Assembly: GCA_963737155.1 (NCBI GenBank)
Contig: CAVTRN010000002.1
Span: forward strand, 1,440,001 to 1,504,000
Reading direction: 5' to 3'
Source: Nitrospirota bacterium
GTDB lineage: Bacteria; Nitrospirota; UBA9217
Length of the DNA stretch: 64,000 bases
A model generated the notes under the pieces. The model ran no database searches. It worked only from the letters and a program-made list of their open reading frames with translations, and was not told the origin of the DNA. This document shows, piece after piece, positions 21,571 to 31,444 of this stretch. Both the position numbers and the translations under genes were made by a program. How positions within the stretch are numbered: the first letter of the stretch is position 1; the number at the start of each line of letters is the position of its first letter.

Positions 21571-22965
21571 ATGACCCGGAATATTGAAATGGCAAACAAA
21601 CAGATGCTGTTGCAAGAATCAAAGTGTTTATCACCATCCTATTTCACTATGCGGACTAAATCAGTTCCCACATCTTGGGAGTGGCTGCTGCGCTGTCTTA
21701 TTCTTGTCAGCCTCCTGGTTATTTTTTATGCAAGCATTACCGGCAGGGTCTTTCAGCCTTTGTTTAGGTCTGCCGGGAGTAGCCACTGGGCTTCGATGCT
21801 TATTAGGCCGAGCATATTGTGGTCGGCTATGGGCATGTTACTGCTGTGCTTCAGGACCCTGCTTTGGTTTCGCTATCGCCCTATTGATCCGGCGGATCCG
21901 AATGATGCACCATCGCTCACGGTGATTATTCCGGCTTTCAATGAAGGACCCATGGTGGAGAAATCAATCGACTCAGTTGTTGCTGCGAACTATCCCTCCG
22001 ACCGTCTGGAAATCATTGTTATTGACGATGGTAGCACGGATAATACCTGGAACTATATTAAAGCCGCTGCCGATCGTCACCCTCAGTTGGTAACGCCGAT
22101 TCGTTTGCCGAAAAATAAAGGCAAGCGTGCTGCCCTTGAAACGGGTTTTCGCAGGGCCCGCGGTGAGGTTGTCGTTACAATAGATTCGGACAGCGTAATC
22201 GAACCCCAGACGCTTCTCGCGGTGATGGGGCCTTTTCGGAACCCGTCAATCGGGGCTGTCGCGGGCAAGGTCCTTGTTTATAATCGTGATAAGGGGCTCA
22301 TTCCTCGCATGCTGCATGTTCGTTTTGTCCTCTCCTTTGATTTTTTGCGCGCCGCCCAGTCAACATACGGCACGGTGTATTGCTGTCCCGGGGCGCTGTC
22401 TGCGTACCGCGCCAGCGTCGTCAGGGAAGTGCTTGACGCATGGGTCAACCAGACCTTTCTCGGCGAACCTTGTACATATGGCGAGGACCGTTCCTTGACG
22501 AACTTCATCCTTTCCCGTGGATACGATACCGTCTATCAACGGACAGCCGTAGTACATACTATTGCTCCCCGCACGTATGCAAAACTTTCCAGGATGTATC
22601 TCCGCTGGGATCGGAGTTATGTCAAGGAGGAGTTTCGCTTTGCACGTATCCTTTGGAAACGTCCGCTATTTGCCCGTATGATTGCCTTCTTGGATATTCT
22701 GGTAACAAACCTTCGTTATCCTATCAGCTATATTACTCTTACGCTCTTTATCTTAATCTCCGCGCAAGATCCTCACGCGATTTTGCGATTGTTGTTTGCG
22801 ATCGGGTTCATATCATCCCTCCATGCGCTCTATTATCTACACAGCGAACGTTCCTGGGATTTCGTCTATGGGATATTTTACGCCTATTACTCTTTCTTTA
22901 CTCTGTTCTGGATTTTTCCGACCGCCGTTCTCACAATACGTTCCCGCTCGTGGATGACCCGCTAG
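21571..22965 (+). CDS. Membrane GT2 glycosyltransferase, NodC/hyaluronan-synthase-like
   Basis: IPAFNE, DDGSTD, NKGKR.AL, DSDS, CCPGALSAYR, GEDRSLTN, LRW; N- and C-terminal TM helices. Confidence 0.85.
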   Translation: MTRNIEMANKQMLLQESKCLSPSYFTMRTKSVPTSWEWLLRCLILVSLLVIFYASITGRVFQPLFRSAGSSHWASMLIRPSILWSAMGMLLLCFRTLLWFRYRPIDPADPNDAPSLTVIIPAFNEGPMVEKSIDSVVAANYPSDRLEIIVIDDGSTDNTWNYIKAAADRHPQLVTPIRLPKNKGKRAALETGFRRARGEVVVTIDSDSVIEPQTLLAVMGPFRNPSIGAVAGKVLVYNRDKGLIPRMLHVRFVLSFDFLRAAQSTYGTVYCCPGALSAYRASVVREVLDAWVNQTFLGEPCTYGEDRSLTNFILSRGYDTVYQRTAVVHTIAPRTYAKLSRMYLRWDRSYVKEEFRFARILWKRPLFARMIAFLDILVTNLRYPISYITLTLFILISAQDPHAILRLLFAIGFISSLHALYYLHSERSWDFVYGIFYAYYSFFTLFWIFPTAVLTIRSRSWMTR

Positions 22966-23170
22966 CTTTCCCGCCAGCATTTATCACCTTATATGGGAAG
23001 GGAGATTAGACTTGTATCCCATGAGGAAGATAACCAACAGGACCACTGTTGTCGGAGTGACTGGTCTCGAATGTGTAGGCGCGACGTCACTATGGTATTC
23101 TCCTGCAAAAATCTTTCACCGAAAAGCGGTGAGTTCTGGTAAAATAAATCGCTGGAAGGATGATTTAACC

Positions 23171-23315
23171 ATGAAGAATACGTAGTGTACGGAGGAACAG
23201 ATTGCCTTTCGCTTTGAAACAGGAAGAGGACAGGAACGTTTCTCCTGAACAGTATTTGGAAGATGGGGATTTCGTAGCAGACCCTTTGTCGCAGTTAAGA
23301 CGTATAGTGGTCTCA
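23171..23315 (+). pseudogene. IS3-family orfA 5' remnant
   Basis: MK.T..TEEQIAF.LKQ...KMGIS.QT recognisable across stops and frameshifts. Confidence 0.6.
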
Positions 23316-23607
23316 CTCAGATTATCAGGACTTTACAACTAAGGCTAGGAAGCGGTCTCAAATGGATTGCTACCAATCTATCATACCACAAAACAAAATG
23401 GGTTTATGACTAAAGTCTCATAAAAGTATGGCTTCGTTTATGATATTGTTGGATCTAATATGCTGATAAATTGAGAAATAAGAGAGCTTGCTAATTTTAG
23501 TCATTTTTTTTTGGTTTGCAAAACTTTATCATTTGTTTAGTTTTTTCCTCTGCGCTTTTCCATTATGCCAGTCCTGTAATCTGACTTGGATTAACGATTT
23601 TACCCCC

Positions 23608-24402
23608 CGTTGCCTCATAATAAATTGTGCCCGGAAGATACCTAGTACTTTGGTATTAAGTGTTTGAAGATCCTTTTCAGTTTCTGTCCTTCATGGTGTT
23701 TCTGAGGTCAAAAGAGCTCAAGGTTTTGTAAGACCCCTTGAGGGAATGCTTGTTTTCTTCAGAGATCTGGGGGGACTCCAGAACCATTTGCTAAGGTGTT
23801 TTGGGTTTATCATAGCGCTTCACCGTCTTCGTCCTTGAAGCAACCCGTTTCTTCTCGATCAGCTTCGCCGAGGGACAGAAGAGGTTAAAGACTAACCGCC
23901 ATCCGGAGTTGGAGAGGTCATCCATAAGAGGGGGAAAGCCCGGACGGTCCAAACGGTCATAACTAATCCATTGACGCACATGGATCCAGTTATTCTGTTC
24001 CACATGGGCATTATTGTCCTCATGGTAGGCCCGGCTTCTCGTGAGCTGAATCGTCTGGGTTCTGCTCTTAGTCAGATTGTGAAACAAGTGATAGATCATA
24101 GCTTGGCTTTTTGCCGCGTTTTGCCGAAGTTTTTTGCGTAAACCGCCAGTCGATCCGGAGTTAGCCGGAGCGCTTTCTTGTGGTGACAGCCGTAGGTGGA
24201 ACGGAATTCATTCATGATCGCTTTTTTTATCTACCGGGAGGCAGTCCGGTAGCGCTTGACGACGGCTGCCAAATCTTCCCGTTTTAATCGCAGGCGCAAA
24301 AGAATGTATCCTCCTTGTGGGGTATTGTTCCAGTAACATGAATCACGAGTCAACGATCTATTTCAAAATTCACTTGGGTAACATTTATTGTGTATCAATT
24401 CG
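23608..24402 (-). mobile_element. Internally deleted DDE integrase-core (ISNCY/IS481-like) element
   Basis: TRSRAYHEDNNAHVEQNNW.HVRQW..Y.R and KRYDKPKTP in 23791-24099; N-terminal fragment near 24110-24300; imperfect inverted repeats at 23608-23631 and 24377-24402. Confidence 0.75.
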
Positions 24403-24602
24403 CCCAGAGACACGCGACATTTTTTAGGTAGCAAATTGAACTTAATTATGATATATTATTCCCTGTGAAATGGGGGTATTGTAAGTCGGTGCCCTTCCCC
24501 TATACCATCTTTCAGATAAAAAGTGCTGTGCGATATCGCAAGATTCGAACAGGTTTGGCTGCTGTGAATTATCCGCAATTCACACAAACGCATCCTTCCT
24601 TT

Positions 24603-25340
24603 ATGATGAAAAAATTACTTTCCCTAATGATTCTGGTTGTGATTGCTGGGTGTTCTGCAAAAAAAGAACCTCCTTATGATCCTGTCGTTTGGTTTAAAGA
24701 CGGGAACACATTCATGCAGGAAAAAAATTACGAGAAGGCTCGCAAAGAATATCAAGAGATCGAAGCGAAATCGCCGGACAAAAGCTATGATGCCGGCTTG
24801 ATGCTCCGAGTTGCCGATACCTACTATGGCGAAGAGCGGTACAGTGAGGCGCTTGTCGAATACCAGGCTTTCCTGAATTACCACCCCGTACACAAGGATG
24901 CCGCGTACGCTCAGTATCAGATCGCCATATGCAACTATAACGACCTTAAGAAGACCTTTGACCGTGATCCGGCACCGGCCTATGCTACCATCAGGGAAAT
25001 GAAAAAACTTCTTGAAAAGTATCCAAAGAGCGGATATAGGGAGCTTGCGGAAAAGTATATTGCGATCTGTACAGATTGGATAGCGGATTACGAGTTATAT
25101 GTAGCGAAGTTTTATTACAAGAAGGAATCATACAAAGCCGCCATCGGCAGGTGCGAAAAACTTATCAGTGAACACGCCGGGTCCTCAGCGGAAAAAGACG
25201 CGCTTTATTATGCAGGCATGTCCTACCAGAAACTGGGCGAGAAGGATCAGGCGCGCGCCATGTTCGAGACGCTCGCGGAAAAGTACCCTGCCATGAAGAA
25301 AACTGCGTTTGCTCACCTTGCGAAGCTCAAGACGTTATGA
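24603..25340 (+). CDS. bamD: Outer membrane assembly lipoprotein BamD
   Basis: Lipobox IAGC, TPRs, FL.YHP, YAQY, DRDP, A.YELYVAKFY, YKAAIGR. Confidence 0.88.
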   Translation: MMKKLLSLMILVVIAGCSAKKEPPYDPVVWFKDGNTFMQEKNYEKARKEYQEIEAKSPDKSYDAGLMLRVADTYYGEERYSEALVEYQAFLNYHPVHKDAAYAQYQIAICNYNDLKKTFDRDPAPAYATIREMKKLLEKYPKSGYRELAEKYIAICTDWIADYELYVAKFYYKKESYKAAIGRCEKLISEHAGSSAEKDALYYAGMSYQKLGEKDQARAMFETLAEKYPAMKKTAFAHLAKLKTL

Positions 25341-25981
25341 AATTCTATCCCGCATATCTGGATCTTCGCGGACGATCGTGCCTGATCATCGGAGGTGGGT
25401 CTGTGGCCGAGCGGAAGGCTCTTTCCCTGCTTGAAGCGGGAGCCGACATAACCATCATAAGCCCTCTTCTTTCTCCCAAACTGACAGAACTTTCAGCATC
25501 GGGCAAAATATCCCATCGAAAAAAAAAATTCGAAGAAGAAGACCTTTTCGGTGCGTTCCTAGTCATTGCGGCTGCGGGTTTCCGTGAAGTAAACATCACC
25601 GTGGCTCGGGCCTGTAAGGAGCGTCACATGCTCGTGAATGTCGCCGTTCCACCTGAAGAGAGCACCTTTATCGTACCCTCGGTGGTGGAGCGTGGTGATC
25701 TCTTAATTGCCATTTCCACGAGCGGCGCTAGCCCTGGGTTGTCGAAAAAAGTAAGGCAGGAACTTGAAAAAATTTACGGCCCAGAGTACGGACTGTTTCT
25801 TGACAAACTTGCGGTAATTCGCAGGCGGGTCCTGAACGAGGTGGTGAACGAGCAGGAGCGGCACCAGATATTTCAGGCTATTCTTGATTCAGATGCTATT
25901 GAGCTGTTTCGGCAGGGAAAGAACCGTCAGGCTGAGGTTAGGATGATTGAAATGGCTGGACTTCACCAGTATCATAAGTAA
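25337..25981 (+). CDS. Precorrin-2 dehydrogenase/sirohydrochlorin ferrochelatase (SirC/Met8/CysG-N)
   Basis: YP.YLDL, GGGSVAERK, FIVPSVV.RGDL.IAISTSG.SP. Confidence 0.92.
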   Translation: MKFYPAYLDLRGRSCLIIGGGSVAERKALSLLEAGADITIISPLLSPKLTELSASGKISHRKKKFEEEDLFGAFLVIAAAGFREVNITVARACKERHMLVNVAVPPEESTFIVPSVVERGDLLIAISTSGASPGLSKKVRQELEKIYGPEYGLFLDKLAVIRRRVLNEVVNEQERHQIFQAILDSDAIELFRQGKNRQAEVRMIEMAGLHQYHK

Positions 25982-26372
25982 TAAGGCTTATTTAGCATGC
26001 CAGCATGTTTAATGATTTTGCTCTGCGGAGAGATGAAAAACCGTTTCGATAATACATGTTGTATGTTTATCTTAATGCAGTAAATTCGAATAGAAGCTTA
26101 TCCGAGCTATAATGAAGTAATATTGAGATACTTTTCATTTCCTCTCCCATTTTCGCAGTTTCTGTTTTATAATCAGCCGATATTAAAAATAAAATACGAA
26201 TAATTACTCTGAAATCCAATCGGGAAGTCTTTGAGATGACCGTTGCGATATTGTGCAAGCGAATATTCATGTAATAGCTGTCAATTAGCCTTTGTATCAT
26301 ATTTCTAAAAATCAACCAATCTGACGAAAAAAAATGGTCGCAGACCGACGAAATCTCATTTTTATCTCAACT

Positions 26373-26831
26373 TTAATCTACTGCTTGGATCATAGTTCGG
26401 TCAATCCAGGATTCCAGTTCATTGTTCCTAACCGGCGCACCGTCAAATCGGGCAAGTTGCCGGCCGTTCCGGTACAGGATAAAGGTTGGCGTGGCTTTTA
26501 TTGTGAACCGCCGGGCAAGGACGGGCTCAGAATCCACATCGATCCTGACGATTTTGAGTCGGCCGGCCCGTTTTGCCGCGAGCTCGTTGATGAACGGTTC
26601 AATGGCGCGACAGTAGCCGCACCATTTTGCCCAAAACTCAGCCAATACGATTTCAGGCCAAACATTGACCTGGGTATCATAGCTTAAGGTAGTCACATTG
26701 ATGGGAGCATGGGGAAATTCGAGCGGCGTCCTGCATTGACCGCAAACTGGATGGCTTACGAGCTTTTCATCGGGAACGCGGTTCAGCGTTCTACATACCC
26801 TGCAGCGAAGTATTATGGGATTGTTGGACAA
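26373..26831 (-). CDS. trxC: Thioredoxin 2-like protein with N-terminal zinc finger
   Basis: CRVC..LNRVP..CGQC, then FWAKWCGYC. Confidence 0.8.
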   Translation of the reverse strand: MSNNPIILRCRVCRTLNRVPDEKLVSHPVCGQCRTPLEFPHAPINVTTLSYDTQVNVWPEIVLAEFWAKWCGYCRAIEPFINELAAKRAGRLKIVRIDVDSEPVLARRFTIKATPTFILYRNGRQLARFDGAPVRNNELESWIDRTMIQAVD

Positions 26832-26917
26832 TTTATTTCCCCAAACAAAGAAGAATATTCGGTCAACCCGATCAAGTATAGCATAGATGGCCAGAAAAAT
26901 AAAACTGCCTACTTTCG

Positions 26918-27295
26918 TTCAAAGTCGGAAGCGGTACCCTAAGCGGTAACTATTCCTTCGGGTCGCGATTCGAGCAAGAAGCGGGAACAAACCCCGAAGA
27001 GTTGATCGGCGCGGCGCATGCAGGTTGTTTCAATATGGCTCTCACGATGATATTGGAACAATCGGGATATAACGTGGAGCACATTCACACCATTGCGAAA
27101 GTGAGCATCGACAAACTTGGCGGAGGGTATAAAATCGCGAATATCGAACTCGATACTGAAGGCAAGGTGCCGGGCTGTGATGAAAAGACGTTTATGGAAA
27201 AAGCTGAACTTGCAAAGAAGAACTGTCCCGTATCCATGGCATTGACAGGAGTTGTGATCGCGTTGCGGTCTCGGCTCATGAAAGCGGCCGCGTGA
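26918..27295 (+). pseudogene. osmC: OsmC peroxiredoxin, 5'-truncated
   Basis: YSFGSRFE..GTNPEELIGAAHAGCF and KKNCPVS; in-frame TAA just upstream and no start codon for the missing N-terminus. Confidence 0.75.
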
Positions 27296-27459
27296 CCCGA
27301 CAGGGACTCTGGATCCTTCCATAAATGCGTCCCGATAATGTTTTTCGAGACGCATTATTATTAAACACGAGAGGGTTCGCGGCGTCAGTTAATGAGTATT
27401 ATGGTGCATCGTTTCATCGTAAAAAAGAAACAATGTCGCCTTGTGGAAAGGGAAATGCC

Positions 27460-28679
27460 CTATAAGAGAGGCAGTCTCAACTTCATGCGTTTGATAATAT
27501 CGAAGGGGGAGAGATTGAAGGGCATTTTCAAGAGCAGCGGTCTATTGAGGCATGACATAAGGTAGTTGCGCTCCACGGCTTTTTTCAGGACAACCACCCA
27601 GGCTCCGGTCCGGAACCGATCCTCCCGGGCATAAATGCCGATTTCCCTGCCGATCGAAATCATCTGAGGTCTTGTTCGAGGCTGGTAAGTGATCAAGTCC
27701 TTGCCGTGGGAATGATAGGCAATGTTTAAGCCTGCAACGAATGCCTGATCCTGGGCATGGTAAGCAAGACGCTGGAGTGCAATCGGCCCTCTATCGTCAT
27801 GGATGCTCACTGCATCGCCGATGCCGAGATCCGCTCGTCAGCAGGCGAAGTAAGTCGGCCTGTCACGATTAGCCAGCCGGCTTCTTCCCGGGGAAGCGGT
27901 AGGTCCTCGATCAGGTGTGATGGTTTAATACCGCCGGTCCAAATGAGCATGGTAAAGGGAAGCTTAACGTTGGATCCGAGCATGAGCCACGTTTCCCGGA
28001 CGGTAGTGATGGATTGGCCGGTAATGATTTTGACCCCACGCTTCCGCAAGTAGTCACCGGCAAATTCGCTGGTTTCCCGTGAGAATCCTGGCAGTATCCT
28101 GGTCTCACGTTCGACGATGGTAACGGTTATCCTTTCCTGGGCAAGACCGTCCCTATATCCGTTGTCATGAATGAGATCCAGAATTTCTCCAGCCATCTCA
28201 ACACCTTCAGTTCCACCGCCTGCCAGTAGAAGGTGAATTGCTCTTTGATGTTCGGACAGAATGCGTTGGAGTGCGGCATAGATTCGTTCAGCGTTGCCGG
28301 GGGAGCGGAAACAATATGAATATTCCTCCGCGCCGGGGACATTAAAGAAATTATTTCTTGCTCCTGTTGCAAGAACCAGGTAATCGTAAGCCAAGACTCC
28401 GTCTCCGGTAACGACATGACGTCGGATCGGGTCTATTTCCCGCACAGAGTCCTGCTGAAAATTGATTCCTGCAGGAGACAGCACAGTTGCAAAGGGAATC
28501 TGGATGTCCCGCGCCGGAATCTTGCCAGAGCTGACTTCATGAAGGGAAGGGATGAAAGAGTGGGATGGATTCCGGTCGATCAATGTTATCCGTGCTGTGT
28601 CGCCGAACCGGCCCCGAAGCGTAAAAGCCGCCTCCATTCCGCCGAAACCGCCGCCTATGATAATAATCTTAACAGTCAT
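27460..28679 (-). pseudogene. NDH-2-like NAD(P)/FAD oxidoreductase with one frameshift at ~27826
   Basis: IIGGGFGG, YDYLVLATG, GGGTEGVEMAGE, WTGG; ERI-(F)-GIGDA joins the two ORFs if one base is restored. Confidence 0.8.
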
Positions 28680-28808
28680 TTTCACTCTTCAATTACTGTA
28701 GTATTGTAGCAAATTGCCGCGTTCATGATGAGCTTGTGCACGGGAGAATGCACATAAAAACTAAATTAGATGACGAGGATGATAGCAGCGTCATGGTTTA
28801 GATAAGAA

Positions 28809-30278
28809 CTATCCACCCACATTTTTCATGGCTTGTCTGAGTTCATCGGAATCCGGATGACGTTGAAGAGCATCCTGAAATAGGCTAAGAGCTTGCTTTT
28901 TCAAGCCGTTTCTCGAATAGAGATTTCCAAGTTCGAGATAGTACTCAATTTTTGAAGGAGCCATTTTTATAGCTTTCTGGAATAGTTTCTCGGCGTCATG
29001 GAGCCGGCGGGGCATATGCGTGAGTGCAAGACCATGATGGAACAGGTACTGCGCATTGGATGGGTCAAGGAGTACGGCCCAACGGAATGATTCCTCCGCC
29101 CCCCAAAAGTTTTGTCCCCGGTAGTGTTTCAGTCCTTCATTAAATTGTGACATGGCTGATCCTTTTTTAATGTTATCCTGCTGGTTCTTAGCCAGCGCGG
29201 TTGGCCAGCGTTTTTTGATCCTCTTAGCCAGCGAAAGGTCATATGCTTTCCGTTTATCATCCGCATTCAGGACATTGTAGGCTTCCGCGATTGTTGTGAA
29301 AATGGCCGCGAGCTGTTCTCTCATATCAGACAGCTCACTGTCCATGTGCCGGTCGGGATGGTACCTCATCGCGAGATGAAAATAAGCCTTTTTAATTTCC
29401 TGCAATGTTGCGTTGCGACCGACATCGAGAATCTGATAGTAATCCAGGTCAGCCATTTTCCCCATAGTTTGGCGAAGGAGCTCTCTTGTGACCTTTACCG
29501 TGGGTTCCTCTTTTTCTCGGCCGGCAGGAGCGGATCGATTGCGTTCTTGCGTTGTAGGCTCCGATTTAAGGCCAAGCAATTCGACGAGCCGTAGGGCATT
29601 TAATGCATATATCGCTTTGAGAGTGTTGAAATCGCCAATTTCTGATAAGGCGCAGATCTCTTCGATACTTCTGCTGCCGTCAATGAAGGAGAAAATTGTT
29701 TGCTGGTCTTGATCGAGTACAATGCCGTGGAGAAGAGAAGATGAATCCTTTTGTGCGCGGAGTACCATTTTGAGGGGCGGAAGGGACTTACGCACGAATC
29801 TCCAGTCAAGGTGGCGGATGCCCTCCAACAGCAGGTTGCCTGTGTCTATCTGGAGCGGAACAATTTCCGCGAGAAGCATGGGAGCGTTGTCAAACGTATA
29901 GCGGCCATCGCTCCACGAAAACAGACTTAATATAATTTGCGTGACCTGTAGTTTGGCCCCCTCTATGAGGTCCTTGGGCGTGATGAGACCTCGTTCTAAG
30001 AGCACAGCGCTGAGTTGCTTCCCGGTCTGTTTGGCAGCCTCTTCGGAGGCGGTACGCATTTCTTCCGTAAGTTTTCCACTCCGAAGCAGTGATGTGCCCA
30101 ACTGTTCCGCATCAAGATTTGAGGAGGCATAGATAATATCGCCGTTCCTGAAAAAAACTTTTTTGGTTTCCTTTTCACGAGATAGGACCACAATACCGGT
30201 CTTTTTTTGAGTTCTAAGGTCTTGGAGAAGCCAAGGGACAACCATGTTCTTGATATCGCCGGACATTACGTTCATCAT
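28809..30278 (-). CDS. DUF4388-like domain + DnaJ domain + TPR protein
   Basis: KKTG.....K.VFF.NG.II.A.S, FSW.DG.Y.F; DYYQIL..IKKAY..LA.RYHPD; C-terminal TPRs. Confidence 0.85.
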   Translation of the reverse strand: MMNVMSGDIKNMVVPWLLQDLRTQKKTGIVVLSREKETKKVFFRNGDIIYASSNLDAEQLGTSLLRSGKLTEEMRTASEEAAKQTGKQLSAVLLERGLITPKDLIEGAKLQVTQIILSLFSWSDGRYTFDNAPMLLAEIVPLQIDTGNLLLEGIRHLDWRFVRKSLPPLKMVLRAQKDSSSLLHGIVLDQDQQTIFSFIDGSRSIEEICALSEIGDFNTLKAIYALNALRLVELLGLKSEPTTQERNRSAPAGREKEEPTVKVTRELLRQTMGKMADLDYYQILDVGRNATLQEIKKAYFHLAMRYHPDRHMDSELSDMREQLAAIFTTIAEAYNVLNADDKRKAYDLSLAKRIKKRWPTALAKNQQDNIKKGSAMSQFNEGLKHYRGQNFWGAEESFRWAVLLDPSNAQYLFHHGLALTHMPRRLHDAEKLFQKAIKMAPSKIEYYLELGNLYSRNGLKKQALSLFQDALQRHPDSDELRQAMKNVGG

Positions 30279-31326
30279 CTACTTGTAGTCCTTTAGAATC
30301 TGTTTTAACTTTTATTACTTGGCGCGGATCAATAGTTGATACGTTCTATGCTATTTTTATGAAATCCTTGAAAGCGAAACAAGGTTGATGCTTGTGACCC
30401 ACCGAATAATAATACTGCCGTGTCGCGATGATCCTGCATTGGCGGCCAAAAACTAATAGATTTAAAGCCAAAATGACTAATCCACACTACGCCATGATTG
30501 AGCTATGTATTTCAATGCGTGATATTATAGCATTTTCATCACGAATCGAAACATTATTTTTTATAATAGTGAGTTCATAATAAATTGCTCAATTGTTAGT
30601 TTACCATCCACAATGCTGGCTAAGCTTTGATAATTAATGTGCGATTTGAGTAAAATCGTGATATATTATGGCATGCAAAGCTTTCTTTTTATGCGAAAAA
30701 ATGAGAGGGAGCTTCCAAAACTGCATGGAACTATTGTTGTGCCGTAAACTAAATACGTAACATGATCATGCCGGCATGGTGGTTGTGTGGAAAACGTTCA
30801 GCTTTAGAAGCATTGTGGTAATTTACTGCAGGGTGTCATCATCAGATAATAAAAGTAATTTGGGTATCGCAGAACAACGGCTTCTTGGTTTCCGCGCTGC
30901 AAAGGTATATACGGTTTCCCTTGTTATCAAAAGTGAGGCAGAAGACTACGGTAATTAGCTCGTGGATGAATGCGTCCCTCGCTTATTCATCCCAGGAATG
31001 TTCCCTATACGGATATGTAGTCTACGGGAGTAAAACCACTCGATCAAAATTTAAATGTATGTGTTGTTATACCGGCATTCAGGCCGGTATAAATGAAGCT
31101 CGTAATTACCATGTCAGAAATTCTGGCAAGGTCATCGACGTATCAGATAGCGCGAAGTCCGTCCTCCGTATTCCGATCGATAAGTTCCCGTCACGCAGGG
31201 AGTATAATATATAAGCCACTATGGGATGGCTTCGGGTTTATTATTTTCGAATTTCTGTTTAGCTGGATCGTCGGCACAGCCCAAAGGATCTATAGCTAGG
31301 AGTATTTTTCTAATAAATTCATTCTA

Positions 31327-31355
31327 TTGACTACGCTGTTTAAAATTATTATAAT
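31327..31355 (+). promoter_or_regulatory. Sigma70-type promoter
   Basis: TTGACT-17 bp-TATAAT upstream of 31445. Confidence 0.65.
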
Positions 31356-31444
31356 ACTCATTCTCGTTGCGCTGGGAATTTGGTCTTTAAGCAGCATAGC
31401 TCTATCAGCTCTTTAAGCAAACGATTCAACCTAGGTGAAGGACT

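Noticed and set aside
30885-31214. Possible PilZ-like remnant (KVIDVSDS)
   Set aside because: Only one short motif; no RxxxR and no credible start.
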